The notes below the pieces were generated by a model, which was given only the letters and a program-made list of their open reading frames with translations, had not been told where the DNA came from and did not search any database. A stretch of 64,000 bases of DNA from positions 56,971-120,970 of the forward strand of contig CALFWB010000003.1 in NCBI GenBank assembly GCA_937928795.1, written 5' to 3'. The DNA is from an uncultured Anaerolineales bacterium (GTDB taxonomy: Bacteria; Chloroflexota; Anaerolineae; Anaerolineales; UBA4823). Of this stretch, positions 56,104 through 62,102 are shown in pieces. The stretch's first letter is position 1, and each line of letters opens with the position of its first letter. The translations under genes were made by a program, and so were the position numbers.

Positions 56104-58119
56104 CTAATCTGCAGCAACGCCATATAAAGCTTTAACCCGTTCGGGAAGTGGCAGGCTTTCCAACTCAAGCATGCGCCGATCGCCGCTTCTGCCAAAGCGA
56201 TTTGGATCATATTCGGGTAACCCGAGCGCAGCTCGTTTCTTGTCGATATGTGCCAATGTCCTGCGCACCATCTCATCTGGATCGGCAACAAACTCCATTT
56301 TGCCACCGTACAGTTTTTCCCACCCCTCGCTGATATAACGCAGAATTAAGTCGGAATCTGAAACGCGATCAGGCATTCCACTGATCGGCGAAGCTCCTCC
56401 AAAGATTACATACACCCCAGACCCCATACAATAAACACCGATGGAAAGCGCTTTTTCGCTCATCCATTCTGGCGCCAGTCCGACGGCCGGAATTTGATCG
56501 ATATCGTCTCCCAAACCACCTTCTTCCACCATCTGAGTCAGGACGGTGAGGATGCGCGTATTATCCACACACGACCCCATGTGCAAAATGGGCGGAATCC
56601 CAATCGCTTCGCACACTTCTCTCAACCCTGGACCTACCTTATCTAAGCCCGCCTCTCCAAGCAATAAGCCGAGTTTTGCACTTGCAATCGCCCCACAACC
56701 AGTCTCAACGAGCAGGACATCTTGCTTGAGCAGTTCTTGGCTAACGTAAGTGTGTAAGTAATCCTGCTTGCTGCGTGGGTTGTTACACCCAACAATGGCG
56801 GCAACGCCGCGGATTCTTCCCGCCATAATTGCGTCATTCAGCGGTCGGAAGGAGGCTCGATACGATCCACCCAACATATAATTGATATATTCATGAGAAA
56901 AACCGGGCACCAAGTTCTCTTTCACTCTGGGAATATGGGTTTCACCGCGGTTTTTATAGTTATCGATGGCTGTTCTGAGGATTTCTTTTGCAATCGTGAG
57001 AGCTTTATGTTCATCGAATTCGATATGCAAAGCTCCTTTGATGCGTACTTTCGGGGATGTGGTGATAATCTTGGTATGGAAATTGGTAGCCAAATCGGTC
57101 AATGCCTGCATAATGCATTGAACGTCCACCACCATTGCCTCAACAGCCCCGGTTAGGATTGCCAATTCCTGATGCAGAAAGTTGCCAGCCGCGGGAATCC
57201 CCTGACGCATTAAGATTTCATTGGCAGTACAACATATCCCCGACAAATTCACCCCATTGGCACCTGCAGATCGGGCATACTCAATGATTTCAGGGTCTTG
57301 CGAAGCAGCTACAATCATTTGAGAGAGAGTCGGTTCATGTCCATGAACAATCACATTGACCATGTCATCTCTCAGAACGCCAAGGTTCGCCTGTCCCAGA
57401 ATTGGAGCCGGAGTTCCGAAAAGAATATCCGAGATGTCGGTTGCGATCATGCTGCCGCCCCAGCCATCCGACAATGCAGTGCGCACCGCGTGTTGGAGAA
57501 TATGAACCGGGTCTTGGTCATCCCCAATATGGGTACGATGCAACGCCTCGACGACTTCGCGATCGATGCCGCGCGGCATGACGCCCAAATCTCGCCACAG
57601 CGCTTGCCGTTTCGCCGGTGCCCTTCGAGCTGGCGCTAATTCACCCTTCTGTTGACCAAATTGAGCAATATACAGATCAGCCAAGTCATTGGCAATCTCT
57701 TCGGGCGATCTCCCTTCAATTGGAATGTCATAGTAAGACGCAATCATCCTCAGCTTAGCCACATCTTTTATCGAGTAGCCTTCCGCTTGATGGTTGGCAA
57801 CTGCCTTCAAAGTAAAGGCCATATCGCGTCCGTGATCGGAGTGCGCTGCCGAGCCTGCAGCAATAGCGCGAATAAAATTTCGAGCTTGAATCGTGTCGAT
57901 GGTTGCCCCGCAGATGCCAGTCATGCCATCTTTCGTCAAGCGGCAAGGCCCCATCCCACACAGCTTACAGCACATGCCGGCCCCACCGATATTGCAGGGC
58001 ACTAACTCATCAACACGCGTAAAAGCAGTGCTTAACCCCAACTCATCTGCCCGATACAGCATTTCTTGAGCTGCCGGATCCGTAGTCCGCTCTTCGTGAG
58101 TTCGCTTTTCTTTTGCCAT
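56104..58119 (-). CDS. acsA: Anaerobic carbon monoxide dehydrogenase catalytic subunit
   Basis: 671 aa. N-terminal B/D-cluster cysteines (CNIGGAGMCCKLCGMGPC) and C-cluster contexts (HGHEP, GICCTANE, GSCVDN). SD GGAGG. Confidence 0.95.
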   Translation of the reverse strand: MAKEKRTHEERTTDPAAQEMLYRADELGLSTAFTRVDELVPCNIGGAGMCCKLCGMGPCRLTKDGMTGICGATIDTIQARNFIRAIAAGSAAHSDHGRDMAFTLKAVANHQAEGYSIKDVAKLRMIASYYDIPIEGRSPEEIANDLADLYIAQFGQQKGELAPARRAPAKRQALWRDLGVMPRGIDREVVEALHRTHIGDDQDPVHILQHAVRTALSDGWGGSMIATDISDILFGTPAPILGQANLGVLRDDMVNVIVHGHEPTLSQMIVAASQDPEIIEYARSAGANGVNLSGICCTANEILMRQGIPAAGNFLHQELAILTGAVEAMVVDVQCIMQALTDLATNFHTKIITTSPKVRIKGALHIEFDEHKALTIAKEILRTAIDNYKNRGETHIPRVKENLVPGFSHEYINYMLGGSYRASFRPLNDAIMAGRIRGVAAIVGCNNPRSKQDYLHTYVSQELLKQDVLLVETGCGAIASAKLGLLLGEAGLDKVGPGLREVCEAIGIPPILHMGSCVDNTRILTVLTQMVEEGGLGDDIDQIPAVGLAPEWMSEKALSIGVYCMGSGVYVIFGGASPISGMPDRVSDSDLILRYISEGWEKLYGGKMEFVADPDEMVRRTLAHIDKKRAALGLPEYDPNRFGRSGDRRMLELESLPLPERVKALYGVAAD

Positions 58120-58120
58120 C

Positions 58121-58513
58121 TTAATCCTCCATTACCTCTTTAATTACACCCATACCAGGACAAGGCCAGAGAGGCCTACCAGTGTACCCAATATTTTGCG
58201 AAAAGCTGACGACCTCCTTGGTTGTCTCAAAAATTGCAGTATGCCGGAAATATTTTGGATGTTCCGTTTTTTCTGTTGCAGGAACACTTAACTCGACCGG
58301 TAAATTCCACTCCCCCAAATAGCCGGCTTCGTCTAATTTCATCTTGATTTCCAAATCATTGACCTTTTCTGGGTCGTACGTCACTTCTACGAACCCAAAG
58401 GCACTACTTGCGTACACATCCTGCACGCCAGGTATCGATAGAAGGATCTTCCTCACCTCTAGGACATGGTGATCCCCATACATGGTTGGAATCTCAATCG
58501 TCACTTTTTCCAC
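58121..58513 (-). CDS. HMA-fold-like small protein lacking CxxC (MYGDHH in its place), first gene of the acs operon
   Basis: 130 aa. Residues 1-65 read like a ferredoxin-fold heavy-metal-associated domain (IPTMYGDHHVLEVRKILLSIPGVQDV...VTYDP...EAGY). The C-terminal part contains PCPGMG. GTG start with AAGGAAGGGA upstream. The stop is 1 nt from the acsA start. Confidence 0.6.
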   Translation of the reverse strand: MEKVTIEIPTMYGDHHVLEVRKILLSIPGVQDVYASSAFGFVEVTYDPEKVNDLEIKMKLDEAGYLGEWNLPVELSVPATEKTEHPKYFRHTAIFETTKEVVSFSQNIGYTGRPLWPCPGMGVIKEVMED

Positions 58514-58586
58514 GGTTCCCTTCCTTCTTATTCAGTTTGGTGAACTTTAAGTCAATCGAGACTTGGATATGGGCTAACTCTAAGTT

Positions 58587-58624
58587 TATATAACAAATGT
58601 CATGCCTTTAGACAAGTGACATTT
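58587..58624 (-). promoter_or_regulatory. Candidate acs promoter (TTGTCT-N17-TATATA on minus strand) overlapped by inverted repeat AAATGTCA-N14-TGACATTT
   Basis: -10 at 58587-58592 and -35 at 58610-58615. Inverted-repeat half-sites at 58595-58602 and 58617-58624. Confidence 0.45.
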
Positions 58625-58813
58625 ATTACTCTCAATAGGCAATATTTGTCTAGTTTTCCATACCAGTTTGGTCATAATTCATCCTCTTCAACTCCTGAAA
58701 CCCGATCACAGAGGTATTCGACTTGAGACACATCTTCCTTAGCTTGAATCCAAAATCCCTGTTTTCTCAAGATAGGGTACAATTCGCTCTAATTTGATGA
58801 TACAGGTTTAGAG

Positions 58814-60694
58814 ATGACTTCAGATCGGTTTACCATTCACCTTCAACCCATCGGTCGCCGCATTCAAATTCGCCCCGACCAATCCATTCTAGAAGCTGCT
58901 CAGTTAGCTGGAGTGGAGATCAATTCGGTTTGTGGTGGGGTGGGTTTATGCGAGGCATGTCGGGTTCGCGTCATTAAAGGACAACTCAGTGATCCAACCC
59001 TTGATGAGCAAAACGCCTTCTCGACAGACGAGGTTCGACAAGGTTTTCGGTTAGCCTGTCAGGCTTATCCCCAATCCGATGTCGTGATCGACATTCCGCC
59101 TGAGTCGTTGTCAACTCCTCAACGCCTCCAATTGGAAAGTCAACAAAAATCACAAGAACTCGATCCGGTTGTCAGACAGTCAACGGTTGAGATTCAACCT
59201 CCTTCGATTGAAGACCTGCGTTCGGATGTAACCCGTTTGCGCGCTGCCCTTCAACCCGAGGCTGGCAATCTTGAACTTGATTATTGCGTCATCCAAAAGC
59301 TTCCAGGATTGTGCCGCTCCTCTGGGTGGAAAATCCAAGCCATCTTTCATCAATCAAAGCTCATCCAAATCCTGCCTGCCACTCCCCGCCCAAGAATTCT
59401 GGGATTAGCCGTAGATATCGGGACAACCAAAGTTGCCGCCTATTTCGTTGACATCGAATCGGGAGGTATCCTAGCTCAAGCCGGCAGCATGAATCCGCAG
59501 ATCGCCTTTGGCGAAGATGTTATTAGTCGCATTTCTTACCTCATCAATCACCCCGATCAAAGAAAACACCCCAACCAAAACCTTTTGCACCAGCGCATTA
59601 TCGAGGGCTTAAACAAGCTTATTGACAAAATGCTCTCCGAAATCGCAGACCCTCTAATATCCCATGAAAATATTGTCGATGCCGTCGTTGTCGGAAATAC
59701 AGCGATGCATCACCTCTTCGCCGGATTGCCCGTGGAACAATTGGGCATCTCACCTTATGTACCAGCAGTCTCAGAAGCCCTCTACATCCCAGCCAAAGAT
59801 ATTGGCTTGGCAATCGCACCGGCAGCCTTGGTTTATCTTCCGCCCAACATTGCCGGTTATGTTGGCGCTGATCACGTGGCAATGTTGCTACCAACCATCT
59901 ATCCGTATTACTCAGACTCGGACAAAAAGCATTCTAAGGTCATGGCAATCGACATTGGGACGAACACGGAGATATCCTTGCTTAACAACGGGAAGATTAC
60001 TTCTTGTTCCTGTGCCTCAGGTCCGGCTTTTGAAGGCGCTCATATCCAATTTGGAATGCGGGCTGCCCCTGGTGCCATTGAAAAAATCCAAATCACCCCA
60101 GAGAAAAAAATCCTCTACAAAACCATTGGTGACCAAGAACCTGTTGGACTCTGCGGCTCTGGTATCTTAGATGCCATTGCTGAAATGTATTCTGCAAACC
60201 TCATCGACTCAAAGGGCATGTTTTTGAATAATCATCCAAACATGCATATTGAAGGGCGGAATATGGAGTTTGTTCTCGTCCCTGCGGAGGAAAGCGGACA
60301 CCATCAAGAAATCGTTCTAACTCGCAGAGATGTCAATGAAATCCAACTTGCCAAAGGTGCTATCCGCGCTGGGATTAATATCCTTCTCGCCGAAGCCGGC
60401 CTTATGGCACAGGATTTGGATGCGTTTATCATTGCCGGCGCCTTTGGAACCTATATCGACATCCGCAGCGCAATGAAAATCGGGATGTTCCCGTTTGTCC
60501 CTCTAGAGAGATGTCACCAAGTTGGCAATGCTGCTGGCGCCGGAGCAAGGCAAATGCTCTTATCCAAACGTTATCGCCAAATAGCCTCCGAACTAGCCAA
60601 TCAAATACACTACATTGAATTATCCAATCATCCAAAATTTGCCGATGAATTTTCAAAATCCTTGTTTTTCCCGGCAAAAGAATTGTCAATATGA
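58814..60694 (+). CDS. Second RACo-like corrinoid reductive activase (2Fe-2S ferredoxin + ASKHA domain)
   Basis: 626 aa. Contains CGGVGLCEACRV. Paralogous in overall pattern to 49384-51336. Confidence 0.8.
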   Translation: MTSDRFTIHLQPIGRRIQIRPDQSILEAAQLAGVEINSVCGGVGLCEACRVRVIKGQLSDPTLDEQNAFSTDEVRQGFRLACQAYPQSDVVIDIPPESLSTPQRLQLESQQKSQELDPVVRQSTVEIQPPSIEDLRSDVTRLRAALQPEAGNLELDYCVIQKLPGLCRSSGWKIQAIFHQSKLIQILPATPRPRILGLAVDIGTTKVAAYFVDIESGGILAQAGSMNPQIAFGEDVISRISYLINHPDQRKHPNQNLLHQRIIEGLNKLIDKMLSEIADPLISHENIVDAVVVGNTAMHHLFAGLPVEQLGISPYVPAVSEALYIPAKDIGLAIAPAALVYLPPNIAGYVGADHVAMLLPTIYPYYSDSDKKHSKVMAIDIGTNTEISLLNNGKITSCSCASGPAFEGAHIQFGMRAAPGAIEKIQITPEKKILYKTIGDQEPVGLCGSGILDAIAEMYSANLIDSKGMFLNNHPNMHIEGRNMEFVLVPAEESGHHQEIVLTRRDVNEIQLAKGAIRAGINILLAEAGLMAQDLDAFIIAGAFGTYIDIRSAMKIGMFPFVPLERCHQVGNAAGAGARQMLLSKRYRQIASELANQIHYIELSNHPKFADEFSKSLFFPAKELSI

Positions 60695-60755
60695 CCACCT
60701 ATCTGGTATCATAATAGTACAATGCCACCACCCTATATCACCTTAGGAGAAGGAA

Positions 60756-61403
60756 ATGTCTCAAGAGATCTTCGCGAAGTTAACGAACAGCCTTGTTGAC
60801 GGCGATCCCGATGCTACTTTTGAAGCCACCAAAGAAGCCCTGGCTGCCGGCATCGAACCGATGGCTATCATCAAAGAAGGACTCATACCCGGTATGAATA
60901 TCGTTGGAGAGAAATTCTCATGCGGTGAGTATTTTTTACCCGATTTGATTATCGCCGCTGACGGGATGCAAAAAGCCATGGTCCTACTTGAGCCAGAATT
61001 GCTCAAGAGACAACAAGCCATCGAGTCGGCCGGCACGGTTTTGCTGGGGACGGTCAAAGGCGACATTCACGAGATTGGGAAATCCCTCGTTGGAACGATG
61101 CTATCCGCCAACGGCTTCAAGGTTCATGATTTAGGCGTTGATGTGCCAACTGAGACATTTATTGCGAAAGTTCAAGAAATGAAACCGGATATCCTGGGAC
61201 TTTCTGCACTGTTAACGACCACAATGGTCATGCAGCGCGAAGTTATCAAAGCCCTAGCTGAAGCTGGCATTCGCGATCAGGTCAAAGTTATGGTCGGAGG
61301 GGCACCCGTTACCCGCAGTTGGGCAGAAGAGATCGGCGCAGATGGTTATGCTGAAGATGCGATGGGCGCCGTCCAAATCGCCCGCCAGTTAGTCGGCAAG
61401 TGA
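60756..61403 (+). CDS. Cobalamin (B12)-binding corrinoid protein (MtaC/MtbC/MetH-B12-domain type)
   Basis: 215 aa. N-terminal four-helix cap and a Rossmann domain with the DxHxxG motif (GDIHEIGK). SD AGGAGAAGG. Confidence 0.9.
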   Translation: MSQEIFAKLTNSLVDGDPDATFEATKEALAAGIEPMAIIKEGLIPGMNIVGEKFSCGEYFLPDLIIAADGMQKAMVLLEPELLKRQQAIESAGTVLLGTVKGDIHEIGKSLVGTMLSANGFKVHDLGVDVPTETFIAKVQEMKPDILGLSALLTTTMVMQREVIKALAEAGIRDQVKVMVGGAPVTRSWAEEIGADGYAEDAMGAVQIARQLVGK

Positions 61404-61467
61404 TTTTGCCTGAGGGAACTGCTCACGCAAGCTGACTCCACTAAAGGGACGAAGAAATAGGGGTAAT

Positions 61468-61498
61468 GAAAAGCCCTCCGCCAACCGCAGGGCTTTTC
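61468..61498 (+). terminator. Hairpin downstream of the corrinoid protein gene
   Basis: GAAAAGCCCT, an 11-nt loop, AGGGCTTTTC (10-bp stem). Confidence 0.5.
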
Positions 61499-61606
61499 AA
61501 AAACCTAGTGAGAGACTCTCTTCAGTGAGGCAATCCTTGAACCAGGGTAAATCCGCAAAAACGGAAGTAATAACTAGGGGAGTCGAAAAGTCCTAAGAGG
61601 ATGTTC

Positions 61607-61684
61607 GTGTCCACGCAAAAGTTGTAGGACAACTCAATGAGTTGTCCTACAAAGCAATGTTGCCAACAACTTTTGAGTGCACAC
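61607..61684 (+). repeat. Full-length 78-bp nested-hairpin repeat element (second copy)
   Basis: 76/78 identical to 21971-22048 in the same orientation, 55 nt upstream of tRNA-Asp. Confidence 0.9.
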
Positions 61685-61739
61685 GGATGTTCGGATACCT
61701 TGACGCTCAAAGACAAGTATAGTAAACTTTTAGACGCAC

Positions 61740-61813
61740 GGTCCCGTGGTGTAGCGGCCTAACATGCGGCCCTGTCAAGGCCGAGAGCGCGGGTTCAAAT
61801 CCCGTCGGGACCG
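61740..61813 (+). tRNA. tRNA-Asp (anticodon GTC)
   Basis: Acceptor GGTCCCG/CGGGACC, anticodon stem-loop CGGCC-CTGTCAA-GGCCG, T arm GCGGG-TTCAAAT-CCCGT. Confidence 0.95.
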
Positions 61814-61823
61814 CTATCCCATC

Positions 61824-61863
61824 AAGTGTCTGGAAATCAATCCCAAAGCCAGACACTTTTTTG
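61824..61863 (+). terminator. Rho-independent terminator after tRNA-Asp
   Basis: AAGTGTCTGG, a 15-nt loop, CCAGACACTT, with a run of T residues. Confidence 0.75.
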
Positions 61864-62035
61864 TTGATAGGTGCACCTCTCACTGCGCTGCAGCTTCAGC
61901 CTGTTGTTTTTCGTTCCCCATTCGTTGACAGTTTTTTGCGAGTGCCCCGCTCAAGCCCCTTGCGGGTTGAGTAGCGCGCGGCCCTCCTTCCCCTCAGCCA
62001 AACTTGTCGTTCCGAAAAGAGCCCTAACAGGAAAA

Positions 62036-62064
62036 TTGCCAGACCTTCAAAATAAGGATATAAT
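62036..62064 (+). promoter_or_regulatory. Near-consensus sigma70 promoter TTGCCA-N17-TATAAT for the helicase gene
   Basis: TTGCCA at 62036-62041 and TATAAT at 62059-62064, 38 nt upstream of ATG 62103. Confidence 0.55.
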
Positions 62065-62102
62065 TTCGGTATCATCAGGCGGATAGAGAGAAGCAAGCAT
62101 CC

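Noticed and set aside
21971-61684. A 39.7-kb segment bounded by two same-orientation, 97%-identical 78-bp repeats, each next to a tRNA gene, with a tyrosine recombinase near one end. At first sight this looks like a large integrated island with att-like direct repeats.
   Set aside because: The interior is full of core housekeeping and central-metabolism genes (hflX, trmFO, rel, tatA, hyp, pckA, the acs operon). The repeat also occurs at 67-113 and in degenerate form at 19579-19606, so it is a dispersed family rather than att sites. The recombinase is on the 5' side of tRNA-Leu. A whole-genome comparison could still reopen this.
61871-62096. Short ORFs on both strands in the spacer between tRNA-Asp and the helicase gene.
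   Set aside because: They have no SD and mutually overlap. The region is better explained as a promoter/5' region (TTGCCA-N17-TATAAT at 62036-62064).
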